Shown in pieces: positions 38,651 to 50,700 of a DNA stretch of 64,000 nucleotides (within the stretch, counting starts at the first letter, position 1; every line of letters starts with the position of its first letter). Origin of the DNA: Podarcis cretensis. Lineage: Eukaryota. The stretch covers positions 40,858,001 through 40,922,000 of the forward strand of contig OX638156.1 in NCBI GenBank assembly GCA_951804945.1, given 5' to 3'. The notes under the pieces are model-generated. The model worked only from the letters and a program-made list of their open reading frames with translations, searched no databases and had not been told where the DNA came from. A program made the translations under genes and the position numbers.

Positions 38651-41147
38651 TCAATGCAGAAGCCTGCACTACCTTGGCCAAGAGGAAAGTTAAGTTCCAG
38701 GCTACATTGGCGAGATCAGAAGCAGGAGAGGATTTGAAAGAAAAGCTCTGGGAAATCTCTGGTCTCCTTCCATCTGTGGGAACCATAAACGAGCCCACTG
38801 CTGACCTCCTGCTCATCCCAGCAGAAGCTGCTCATTCAGATCAGAAAGGCTTCCCTCTTCCCTCCCCATCCTCTGCCAAGCCAGATCAAAAAGCCATTGG
38901 ATTATCTTGGCAATGAAAAATGTTTATCTTGCTGACTCTTAATCACCTTCATTCCATGCTGAGCAGCTTTGCCGGCCTACAGGGGTCTGGATTAATGCTG
39001 TGGGCTCTCCAAGGGACAGAAGGGCAGCCTGTCTACAGCAGCCAGATGCTGTCTGCTGCTGAACCAGCCAATGCATTAACTGCTCCAGAATTAGGGCAAG
39101 TTGCCTCCCCCCACTGCCTTCCCCCTCCCCACAGGTTTGTCCTTCAGGCAGCCTCTTGGCTTTTATGCCTGTTGCTTCTGGGGCATCCTCCTTGGTGTTC
39201 CTGAGGCCCTGCTTTCCCAGTTAATGGTGGCTCTACACAAGTGCTTGACATAGTGCTCCTTATCCTGCGATGCTCTTCCTGATGGCCAAGATTCTATAGC
39301 ATTTACTCACAAGTAAGCTCTATTCAGCAAAGGATTCCAACAGTTAATTAACTGCTTCCTCCGAGTAGATTGAAATTGTGTTATCGCTTCCTGATCAAGG
39401 CAGCTGAACAGTTAGTGGTAATACTACCTCATTTATTGTGCCTTGATGCCTATCAAATCTTTATTCTGCACTTCTTCCAAGCTACTCTCTTTTTCTCATC
39501 ACAGCAACCTTGTGAGGTGGGATGGCAACCCTTCCTTCTTATAGCAAAGCAATTTTGTTCTGTTAAAGAATGAAAATAAAGCCTTTCCCCCTGCAAGAAC
39601 AGAAACTTGACATTGGAACAGTGAAAAGAGGTTATATCAGGGGCAGTAAATAGGCTATCAGTTACCAGACCCTCACCCTTGCCTCTCAGGAAGCAGTAAA
39701 ATGGGATGAACCTGCAAGCAGGAAATGTGTAATTAAAGCTACACTTTTAGAAAATTGAGGTGGGGGAGGAGGCAATTTGAACACAAGGGAACAGGACTAC
39801 ATTCTTTTGCCACCACACAGTGTGGCTAACCTTTGGAAGCTCATTCACACACACACACTTTCATTTTCACTGCTGTGCTTTCCCCTTGTTCATCACATTA
39901 GAGCACCAGCAGCAGGAATGCGGCCTCTATACTGCTGCAAGCAACTGGTATAAACTTTAAGAAGGGTTGTGGGTATGGGGCTGGCTCCGCTGTTGCCTGG
40001 ATTTGGACTCGCTCTGCAATCTTGCACTGTTGGGCAAGAGCTCACCTGCCCTTCATCAGCTGCTAGAAGGCAACAGCGAAGCCTTTCAGATGACTTTAAA
40101 ACAAGAAGTTGAAGAGCAGAGGGAAGAAACGCAGCGAAAATTCCTCCCAGTGGCATTGAGACCGGGGGTTAACAGCACAAGGCAATGTGAAATCCCAGCT
40201 GGACAGACTCCACATCAGAAGAAGGGACAGAGGGAAGAAAAGCCACCTCTACACCTCAGGAGGTTGGACATATTCCTTGACATGAAGTGACCTGGTACCA
40301 TCTGGTCCAGAGGCCATGGAGCCCTCTGTTAACAGAGGGAGGGGAAGGAAGACCTGTGAAGGCATCCGTCTGGCACAAAGGTTTGGATTCTCCATCACTG
40401 TTATTATGTTATAGTTACGGATTTTAAAACAGGACTTGTGGAAGGGTTTGTGTGGCATGAGAAGCCACAGGGATGTCTCTTCTAAGACAGGGTAGGGGGG
40501 CAATGTCCCAAAAAGCCAGCTATCTTAAAATTTGAACATTAGATACCTCCTTAAAATATATTTGTTGTTACATTATTCAAAAGTCTCCGCTACACAATAT
40601 AGTAGACTACAAAACTGTACTGTCAATCATATTGTTAACCTCACTGACCACAGACGAGGTGCTTTTGCCCTCTGCTGTGCATTGCGAAGGCCTTTGGCTA
40701 TATGCAATAAAAAATTATTGATTGACTCCAGGCCTCCTTCCACCTGCCTTGCCCACCCCCTGGTGCTGGGATTCTTCATAAGGAAGCTATGCCTGGAGGA
40801 AGAACTGTGAGGGGGGGAGACTCCATCAGGCAAGGCCTCCTTCCACCTGCCTTGCCCCACCCTCCAGTCTCTGCTTCTTATTTTGTATTGTATTATGTTG
40901 TGCACTGTGGTTTGCTGTTGTTTTATTGCTTGGAGTTTAGAAATTACTTATTGTAATTGTTGAGTGGATTTCTGTTTAATTTTGAAATGCTGATATTTAA
41001 TATTATTCTATATTATTTTAATGAATGTTGAATGTTATTTTATTTGCATATTGTATATTGTATTATGCATATTGTCTTATTTATATGATGTTAGCCGCTC
41101 TGAGCCTGGCTTTGGCTGGGGAGAGCGGGATACAAATAAAATTTATT

Positions 41148-41148
41148 A

Positions 41149-41188
<40 letters not shown>
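41148..41188. repeat. (ATT)n microsatellite, tail of a LINE 3' end
   Basis: Directly visible run following tagccgctctgagcctggctttggctggggagagcgggatacaaataaa. Confidence 0.85.
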
Positions 41189-41517
41189 GCACCTCATGTT
41201 TCCCAAAGCTTATTTTCATGTTCAGAGAAACTGAGCCTGCCAGAAGCTTTATTTTGATCCAGCAGCTTAGGTTTTGCATTGTTCTTGTTAGTTAGCTGGC
41301 CAAAGAGCTGCTTGGCAAAGTCCTTTGATTAAATGCAGTTCTTGTAAAGTTTATCTGAACTGCTGGTCTATTTATTTTTTCATGAAAGAACAATGAAGTT
41401 AAAACTTAGTCCATCAGAAAGGTTAAGGGCACAATCTAAACCCACAATCCACCATGCTAGGGATGGTGGTGGATGCAGCATTGAAAGTGCAGGAGAGCCA
41501 CTGGTGGGCCTCCTGCT

Positions 41518-41755
41518 CATAGCTGTCAAGTGTCCCTTATTTGGCGGGACAGTCCCTTATCCCAGTGCCATGTCCCGCTGCTGTCCCTTATTGATGAGGC
41601 TTCGTTTGGCTGCTGGCTGGGCTTTCTGCCTTTGGCTCGGAAGGGCTCAGAAGTTGAACATACCTGTGCCCGGAAAATCCCTTATTTTGGCTGCTGATCC
41701 CTTATTTTCGAGGCTGCTGGTCCCTTATTTTCAAATCTGTAAGTTGACAGCTATG
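41518..41755. mobile_element. hAT-type MITE
   Basis: TIRs catagctgtcaa / ttgacagctatg; perfect 8-bp TSD CTCCTGCT (41510-41517 and 41756-41763); repeated internal tcccttat motifs. Confidence 0.9.
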
Positions 41756-43034
41756 CTCCTGCTGGTGGCAGCCTAAAACATCTCAGTGGCTACACCAGCT
41801 CCAGAAGGGAGTTGCTGCCGCCAGCATTATGTGTATGTGTATTTAAATAAGAACAAGAGAGTGTAAGATTATGAGTCATGGGGATGTCGAGATGTGCATA
41901 TGAACTTAACAGTGCTTACTTTATTTTTTGGTTGCAATTTTGTTAATGCTGTTAATATTATTTTATGATTATAAATGCTGTATTGATTTGTCAATCGTAT
42001 AAGATGACTTTTGCTTTAAGTGTGGATATTTAGCTTGTTTTTTATTTGCTGCTTTGTTCACAGTGTTTTACCAATTGTTTTGTTGATGGTTTGTTAATTA
42101 TTCTATGTGATTTAAGCTGTATATGTTGATGTTCTAGTATGCTCTATCATGTTATTATTGTTGTTTGTAAATCACTTGAGGATTTGTTTGAATGAAAAAG
42201 TGGCTTAGAGATATAATCAGTAAATAAATCAAAGCAGGATTTTACCTACCCACTGCCACCTTCTGCCCAAGCTAGCTTGAAAAACAGGGCTACTGTGGAG
42301 ATGGCGGATAGTGACTGTGCCCCTATCTGGCTGGATTTAGACTGCTCTGTAAGGAAGAAGCTCAGCTTTCTAAAGAGGCATGCAGAGGAGAAGGGCAGGG
42401 CAGAGCAGAGCCCATAACTCATCAGCAGAGCCTTCCAGCGCACCTCAAGCAAGAAGGGCCTTAAGAAGGGAGCTATTCAAAGTCAAAGTGGTGGAATAAC
42501 AGTCTGACTTAGTATCTCAATTCTTGCAGCTCCTACTCTGCATGAGAATCTGGGTCAAGAAGCCTGAGGAGAACCAGCAAAGGCAGCTGTAAAATACAGG
42601 GCAAAGTGTAGTTTAAATGCTGGTTCTAATGTAATTACAGTTCTTAAGTAGTTTGTCTTTATTCCTTTGTATTTAGTAATGCTTTGAAACACAGTAATCC
42701 ACCTTGGAACCCAACATGAGAGAGAGAGGCTGGATATGAATACTTTATGTAATAATAATAGTAATAAAAGCCACCTGAAAACAAGGTGATGTCTACACGT
42801 TAAGCAAACACAAGAGGCTGGATTTGGGATGAGTAGACAAGCGAGGGACATGTTGAGAGAAATGGTGAGCACTGATGGATTTGGGACTGAGGGGTTGTTA
42901 GGACCAAGACAACAGCACCTGCCTCTCTAACCCCATTGCACTTCTGCAGAGACCCTCCCAAGGTGGCCACCCTGAGGGAAAGTCGTATTGCCTGGCAAAA
43001 TCTGTTTCCTGCAAGTCCAGAGAGTGGATGCCTG

Positions 43035-43347
43035 TCTTATCTCAACAGGGATGCTGTTCCACAAAGCAGGGACTGTGGACGAGGTTTCTGGTATTTCTGG
43101 CACTTTGAGGAGAGATGCTCCTGCAGAACACAGGGCATAAAGGACATGTACAAGATAAGAAAATCTCTCAGGTAACCTCGCCCTGAGCCTTTTATGTTAG
43201 TACCAACACCTTGAACTTGGGTAGCAGCTTGGCAGCCACTGCAAATCTTGCAAGCAAGGCAGTAGTTTGCCCCCACAAGCAACTTGGCTACTAAGTTCTG
43301 CACCAGCTGAAGCCTCTGGACCAACTTCAAAGGTAGCCCCACATACT
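43035..43347 (-). mobile_element. Degraded L2 LINE ORF2 fragment
   Basis: YVGLPLKLVQRLQLVQNLVAKLLVG resembles the L2 motif LQLVQNAAARLL. Confidence 0.7.
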
Positions 43348-43487
43348 GCTCAGTCGGTAACAACATGAGATACTTAATCTCAGGGCTGTGGGTTCAAGCT
43401 CACATTGGGCAAAAAGATTCCTGCATTGCAGGGGTTTGGACGAGATGACCCTCGTGGTCCCTTCCAACTCTATGATTCTATGATTCA
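43348..43487 (+). mobile_element. tRNA-Lys-derived SINE with CR1 3' tail
   Basis: gctcagtcggt..catgaga.acttaatctcagggctgtgggttcaagc..acattgggc resembles tRNA-Lys(CTT) and is fused directly to a CR1 tail ending tctatgattctatgattc. Confidence 0.75.
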
Positions 43488-46400
43488 ATAAAGCTATGAA
43501 AATGAATTGATGAGTTTCAATCCATCCCTTTTACGGTGGACTCTCCTCACCTGTCAAAGTGATCTAGCAGCTGTGATGAGTGATCCCATCATGGAACCCA
43601 GGAGTTCCCCTCTGCCTCTTTGGTTCTTCAAGTGCAGCATGTGGCAAGAAACAGGTTTGGTTTTCCTCCTATGGCTGCAACCACCAACATGGCAAGGTCA
43701 GGGTCCAGAAATCAGGGCAGCTTCTCAAACTCATTGGCCAGGTGATGTTCTGTTGTTCTTCCTCCCTGAAAGGCTCCAAAGGGAGGTTGCTGCCTTCTTA
43801 AGTGCAGAAAGTCCAGAGAGAGGGATGCCAGTCTGCCAGTCGGTGGGGCTGCATGCCCGGGAAGGCACGGCTGTCACTCCTGCTGGTCACCCTTGTCTGT
43901 CTCTCCACAGCTCTCTGCTCCTCACTTGATGTCTTGCAAAAGAGAGACCCTGCTAGTCTCCTGGCCCCCACCGGGAAACAGAAAACATACCCAAACACTG
44001 GAGAAAAACAGAATAAAATAGTGATGCAATTTGATGTCCCCAAAAAGTCTGGACTGGCTGCAGGGCTGCCGCCAGCAGCTGACTAGCCCTCTGAGTGCTG
44101 AGGAAGATTTTCCCCCACTTGTGGTCAGACCCAACAGCTCCAGCTCCTGCCTCAGAGACAGCTTGCTGAGGCGATGGGCTGCGGAAGGCCATCAGAGGTC
44201 TGGCATGGAGTTGAGAGCAGGCGCTGCCAAAACCAAGCGGGCTTCTAAGTGCATGCGCCCCACCACCAAAAAGGGGATCAGTTTCTAAAACCTCTAAGTT
44301 AGGATTGTGTAGCCACTCTCCAGAGAAACCAAGATCTCCCCCTACCAGATGGGTGGAAAATAAGAATTCATGTCACCCTCTGCCATGAATAAGAGTGAGT
44401 GGGGTGAGGTGGGAGAAGGTTGAGGCTCACAGCCCAAGGCAGTCCTCCTCCAGTTTGGACCTTGCAACTCCCTCATTACCCCTATTGTCGTAACACACAC
44501 ATATCCTGCAATGCAATCCATCAAACACACTCAGAGCTGGCTCTACCTCTGGGCAAAAGGGACAGTTGTCATGTGCGCCAAGCCTCTTGGAGGTCTGAGA
44601 AAGCTGGCATATGGACCTCATAACTCCCCTCCCTCCCTCCCAACCAAGCAGAGAGGTCCCCTTTTAGGCAGGAAGTCACTGTTCTTTAGATCAAGGTGCT
44701 TCTGAAAATTGGGGGGGGGGGTCCTCCACTTTCAGTGGAAGTATATTGTTGAAAAATAGCTCTGAAAAATAGGCCATTTCTTTCAGTCTTACGGACTATG
44801 CAGCTCTGCGCTAGGTCCAAAGCATGTATAGACAACCAGCATAAATCATTTGTGGCTTTGTGGGAGGAGGAGCTGGTCTTTCACACAGACAAACCAACTA
44901 GAATCAATGCAGGCCAATCTGCAAAACTGAATCAGTAGTTGAATCAGACCCAGGTTTGGTCCCCAATAATCTCTCCAGTTAGGGCTGGAGTCGGAGTTCC
45001 CTGGAACCCTGGAGAGCCTTTACTCCCAGTCAGTGTAGTAGACAGTATGAACCAATGAACTCAGCATAAGCCCATTCCCTGTGTTCCTTTTCCTAAAGTG
45101 CTAATAATAAAGTTGTGTTTTTGCATGACTCCAGCCTTCATCAAGCTGGTGCCCTCCAGATGTTTTTACAACTCCCACCAGCTCCAGCCAATGCAGTAAT
45201 GTATTCCAAAACATCAGGTTGGGGAAGGCTGTTCTCAACCATTCAAAGGGATCTTTCCCTGCTGTCAATTCTCTGTGCCTCTGAAAGGGGGGGGGGGTTG
45301 CAGAAGCTTCAAGAGGGCACCTTTCTCAGGATTGCAGGCAAGCTCAAATCATGTAGAAGAGGGGTTATGTTGCTCTCTCGGACTGGGCATCCATGCCCGC
45401 CCACCCCCCGGCCACTGCATACAACTGGAAGTGTAACAGGCACCAGTCTCAACGCAATATTCAAAATGTCTCCCCTCCCTAAATGAATGTGTGGACTCTT
45501 GCTGTTTGGGGGATGAGAGTTGCCCTTAATCCAAGTAAATGTACAGCCCCAGCTAGGAAAAGATGTATCATCTCTGGGAGCCTAAGGATTGGGAGCAAAA
45601 AGTTCCCCAAAATGGTAGAGAATCACTGCAAGGGCTTGTTGGCATCTGACAAGAGCCTCTGGCCACAGCAACCACTATTTTCTTCTACACCTCCCCCTTC
45701 CCTACTTTCAGAAAGGATTCTAGAGATCTCCACAACAGACTGGAAATCATGGTAAGAGGCAGGATAATTGTGGTTCATTATGGCTCCCCCAGAGACCATG
45801 GAAATTCCTCGTCACATAAACCCAAATCTAGGCTAGTGATTTGATCCCTTTGGGATGCTGCTGCCATGGACTGCTTACTCAACTCTGACAACTCCAGGAA
45901 TGATTCATAGAAACCAAAAGCAGTTTCTGGCTATGGCAAAGGAGGCTGCTCATCAGCCTACTTGTGGTATCTGACGGATTTTGTTCCATCTCTGGAAAGA
46001 AGAGTTGCTGCAGAAAAACGCAATCCTAGCAATTATTGCCCGTAAGCATCAATCTGCTGAAAAGAAATAACCCAATTGTTTCTGCCAGTGTTACCAAAGA
46101 GGATATATCCTGTGCAAAAATGAGAGTTGTTGCCATTTCTCTTCAAATTTTACCTCCTTTGTGAGTTGACTGACAGGTTTGTAAGCCCCTGAGCTAGGTG
46201 TGTGCGCACTGCTGCTGGGAAAGGGGGTCATGGTGTACCTCAGGGGAAACAGGGCGACTTGGGAAACATGATGTCTGACAATACAAGCCTAATCATGACT
46301 ATTCAGAAAAAAAGTACTGAATTCAACTGCGCTTACACAATATAAATATATACCCGTTTAATCATATTTCAATAAAAAGCAAGCAGGGGGCCAACCCAAA

Positions 46401-46584
46401 AGATCCGCAGGCCAGCTTCACTTACAAACTGAAAAAGGAAATTACTCTTGGGTCTTAAAGCAGATGGAAAGAATGCTGAAAGTAAAAATGTAAAGTTCTG
46501 AGCTAAAAAAATCTATTCTGAAAGAAAAGTTCCTCTTCATTCCTATAAAATCTGCCTAAAATGAATGCTGGCCTGTCTTAGCTA

Positions 46585-47740
46585 AGGGCGCTCTGCCTCC
46601 TGGTGGCAGCGCCTGGGGCCGGGGGTGCGGAGAAGGCGGTCGGGGGGCGAGACACCCACCCTCCCCAAAGAAGGAGGGGAGGAGATGGTCACGGCGGGAG
46701 TGAGGAGCACGAAACACTCTGCCCCGGGCATGCAGAACTCGGGAGCCAGGCTGGGTTGAAGGGGGTCCGGTGCGAGGAAGCTACCCCTGCGGGGTAGAGG
46801 CAAATCGAAAGGGAGCCTCACCAAAAAGCCCCAGCCCACGCGGACCGAGGGACCGATCGGAGGTCAGTCCGTCGTTCGTTCCCTTCCGCTACGGAAACTT
46901 TGCTGCTGGCGTCGCTGGGGCTGCCCCTTCTGGCTGGAGCGCGCGCACGTGGAGCAGGCACCGAATGGTTCCGCCCACCACGCCAACGGCGACCAATCAG
47001 GCTTCGGCACGCCCCCCTCCCTAGGCCCAAAGAGCTCAGGGCTCTGTGGGCGCAGATAGACTTCCGGCTCTCAGTGGTCAGCAGGAGTGGCCCGCAGAGG
47101 CCTCTCCCGGTGTGTGTTGGTGTATTGTGTGTGGCCAGTAGAGGCCGGCAGCGGCTGGTGGGCGGGGCTAGTAGCTCCTCCCTCTGCTGTGTCTCGACTC
47201 CGCCCCTCGCCCCTCCCGCAATTCGCCTCAGACTCTCTCGCCGGGACTGAGGCGAGGCGAGCTTGGGTGCCGCGGCCATGGGCGAGCCTCCCGCTCCTTC
47301 CGCCTCGCCGCCTCCGGGCTCGGTGCTGTGCCGGCTGCAGTACCTGGAGGACGGGGACCCCTTCTCGTGCGCCGCCTTCCCGGAGCCGCGCCGCCCGCCC
47401 GCCCAGCCCGTCGCCGAGGCGCTGCCGCTCGCCGCCCAGCTGCCCGCCTTCCACCGCCTTCTCGACGCCCCGCTCCCGGTGAGAGTGAGAGATGTGCGCG
47501 GCCTCTGAGCGCCTGCAGAGCGCCGGCAGGCGAAACCGCAGCCGTAAGGTGCATCGGGGCAGGAGGCGTAGAAGCCTCTGGCTGTGCTCCCCTCAGAAGT
47601 TCACGGGGCCAGCTGCTCCCTGGATGGGGCTGCCTGGCGCCGCCGCCGCCCGTGGCTACCAGTCCCGGTGGCTCTTGGTGCGGGGGGAGGACAGCGCTGT
47701 CCGCAGCTGGGGAGGTTGCTGCTTCCTGGAGCCCCACGGT
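46585..47740. promoter_or_regulatory. CpG island: FHOD1 promoter, probably bidirectional
   Basis: CpG-rich. E-box CACGTG at 46946-46951, CCAAT at 46993-46997, ETS-type ACTTCCGG at 47060-47067, GC box GGGCGGGG at 47160-47167. Confidence 0.85.
47278..47478 (+). CDS. FHOD1: FHOD1 exon 1 (formin, N-terminal GBD)
   Basis: gcggccATGG Kozak context, 201 nt, donor gtgaga. [41 protein letters not shown]...[19 protein letters not shown] matches recalled FHOD1 [23 protein letters not shown]. Adjacency to PLEKHG4 favours FHOD1 over FHOD3. Confidence 0.95.
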
Positions 47741-50700
47741 GGTCATGCGCTTGATTCCTATCAGGGCAGGATGCTGGGGTGGGGGTAGGAGAGAGGGGTG
47801 ATCCAGCCTCTGGGAAGCAGCATCTGAAGGTCTCCCTGGAGGAGAGAAGAGCCACCAAGGGAGGCCTGGCTTTTTCTCCTTTTTTGCACTCTTGGCATGC
47901 TCAAGGGGGATTGGGGCTGGCACAGCTTCCCAAGGGGAGCTCCCCACAGTAAGGTTAGGGTGCCCAAAGCTCATCATTCACTTATGGGGTTTTTGCCTTC
48001 TTCTGCCTTCCTCTCTTGCCTTTAGGTTTTTGGTTTCTGCTCTGTAAATTTCTTCTTTTAAAACCGCCAGCCTTGCACGTGGTCTTACTATAAGAAGGCA
48101 GCATACAAATCAGTGGTGATGCATTTCTGGACAGAGTCCCCATCTGCTTTGCCTGGCAATACAACATGGATAAATTTCTTCTAAAAAGTTGGGTGGTTCC
48201 CAGCTTAGAATTTTTGTGTGCAAAATTATGGCTATAGAAGGTCTGCTTGCCTAACTTGAGATGGTATTGTGGTGTATTAGAATGCAATCCAGGTACGTTT
48301 TACCTGCATTGCGCAATTCTCAGTCTAACATGACATTTTTCTGCAGTCCAGAGATAACAAGAGACAAAAAGCAGTGACAGAGTTAAAATGATATATAAAT
48401 TTTTGGCAGCCACAGGCATGAAATAGATAAGCGCTCAAAACACATGCAATAAATGAATATTGTCCAGTTTATATCTTGACATCATAGCTGAGAATGTATG
48501 CACTGAGAAGATATTGATGGACCTGTAGCGTTTGCTGTGCCAGTATGACTCAAACCATATATTTAGGCCAGAGCAGATATTTTGATCACCATAGATTGGT
48601 GTTCAGTCATGCTGTTTGGTCAGCCTTGCAGAGGTATCCTAGGAACAGCTATTGGCTGCCTCAGTGGTATAGTCCCTGTGTTGTGTTTTGTAGCCTGGGC
48701 CAGCAGAGGTGGAGGATGTGTGTTTGGGTTGCATTTCATCTTCTGGCCTCTAAATAAGCTGAATTCCCTACAATTAGATGTTGGTCTTGATTTGTTGTTT
48801 CATTTGCTGCTTTATTTTTGGCATGAAGCAGCTGAATATCTCATGTCAATAGTCATGGGGTATTTTTTTGTTGGCGACTAAAGGGGGTTGGGAACAAACA
48901 GGCAAAGCCATTCCAACTAAGTGTGCTTGGGTTTTAAACATGTGCTCTAGAGCCAGGCTGTGTGCACAAACAACAGCTCTTATTATAGTCTAGTTATTGC
49001 AGATATTGCAGGAATTGAGGGCTAAGTGAGACTTAACCCTCAGTGCCTCTTTGCATTTAACACAGACTCCCCACCCCTCTGCCGCTGCCACCGCCCTAAA
49101 GAAGGCAAAGAGCATCAACTGGGGATTCATCAATTGGGATTGCTGCTACGGTCTTGATGGAGGAATGTAACCCCTTTCTCTCCTGCTATAGTTTTGGGGG
49201 AAATACCTACTGTGAAGATGATGTTGATGCAAATGGAGGATTTCCTCCCAATGCAAAATACTTGCTTCAGAAGAGGTTTTCTCATGAGTGCCTTATTTCC
49301 CCTTCCACTCTTCACCTACAAACTTATGAAGTGTTCTCCTTACTTCTGCTATCCATCTTCCAAATCAGCTCTTGCCTTCCTCCTCTGGCTTCTAAACCTG
49401 GAACTGCTCTTGCAAAATCTGTTGATCTCTCACTACAAAAGTCACTATTTGGTCCTTGTTTGGTGCCTTTGCTAGGGGGGGAGGTTACTCTCCTGCTTGA
49501 CTCTCTTTATGCGAATGGAGCGTCACAGCTGCCATCATCCCTGATCATTGGCTGCTGGGAGTTGAAGTACAACAGCAGCATCTGGAGGACCACAGGTCAC
49601 AAACACACCCTACTTTATGCTCGTCAGTCAGTCTCTGATTCTGTTTTCATCTGGTTTTTTGCCTGTCTAAGTGTTCTTTCAGTATTTACCTAGGTGGAGT
49701 ATCTTCCTTTGTTTTCTTTCTCTTTGTTGAGGGGCCTGCCTGGGGATCTCTTGTTGTTTTCTGCTCTTTTCTCCACACACTGAATGACCACTTTCCCATG
49801 GCTTTCAGGGCCACCTGTACACAGAGGCTGAAGCTTAGCTTTCTCTCTCCCTTTCACTCCCATTTCTGCATCACCCAGCTGATATTTCTGTTCAGATCCT
49901 TCGTTGTCTCAAGCGCCACTGCCTCCCAGACTGAACTTTTCATATTTCCTCTTTAGGTCTCCTTTTCTTACTGTATTTGTTGACGATGTTACCATGTATC
50001 AGGCAATACATGTGTCTGCAGAGTGTCTGGTGCTCTTCCTGCTGAAATTGGGCTTGGAAGGAAGCTTCCCATTGTAGGCAATGGAACAGGTGGGCAGTGT
50101 GCGCTTGGTGCCAATGGCAGAGTCCGTGGTTTGCAAATGGGGGCCTGGAAAGCTTGGTTGATTCCCGCCCACCCCCACCCCACATGTACACTGTTGAACA
50201 GGCCTGCAGGCCTTGGTTTGAATGCCCTCTCTGTTCCCTGTATTCAGTCTGTAGCTGAGCCATCTTGTTTCCTTCTTTCCAACTTTACAGAAATCCTCCC
50301 TCTGTTTCCTTAAGAAAGGTGGTGACAAAGGTGATTAGTGTGGGCTGCAGAGTGTTGGGTAGACATGAGAGGTGTGGGCTGAGAGACTGAAAAGGATGCT
50401 GGGTAGATCTCAAAAGATCAGTTTGCTACATGGTAGATGGGTGAGTAGTGGGAAGTGCAAGAGCTCATTGAAAGACCTGGTGGAACATGCCTGAATTAAT
50501 GGTACCAGCCTCAGGCTAAGCGGTTGCTCTCCCCCCACCCACCTACTTTTAGAGTGTGAAAATCACTTTAACTAGTGAGTAGCATTAGTCATATCCTCAC
50601 ATAATTCACTTTTTTGTTTAGTTCTTACAAGGGAAATTGGTTCCTGAAATTCTTGTTCCAGACTGACCTTTGGAGTACAAAACATGCTTTCTGAAGATGA

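Noticed and set aside
39967-40290. ORF ending QREEKPPLHLRRLDIFLDMK, faintly like CRH-family peptides
   Set aside because: No SLDLT/SLDVP core, no signal peptide, no amidation site, and a non-ATG start; likely chance.
43348-43410. Functional tRNA-Lys gene
   Set aside because: Degenerate stems, truncated 5' end and direct fusion to a CR1 tail indicate a SINE.
45749-45757. Plus-strand ATG|GTAAGA as an upstream FHOD1 micro-exon
   Set aside because: Isolated 9-mer outside the CpG island; splicing to exon 2 would drop conserved exon 1 residues, and there is no other support.
46582-47977. Long GC-rich ORFs around the FHOD1 start, considered as SLC9A5 exon 1
   Set aside because: None shows a signal peptide with the NHE5-type N-terminal sequence; only the 47278 frame matches a known protein.
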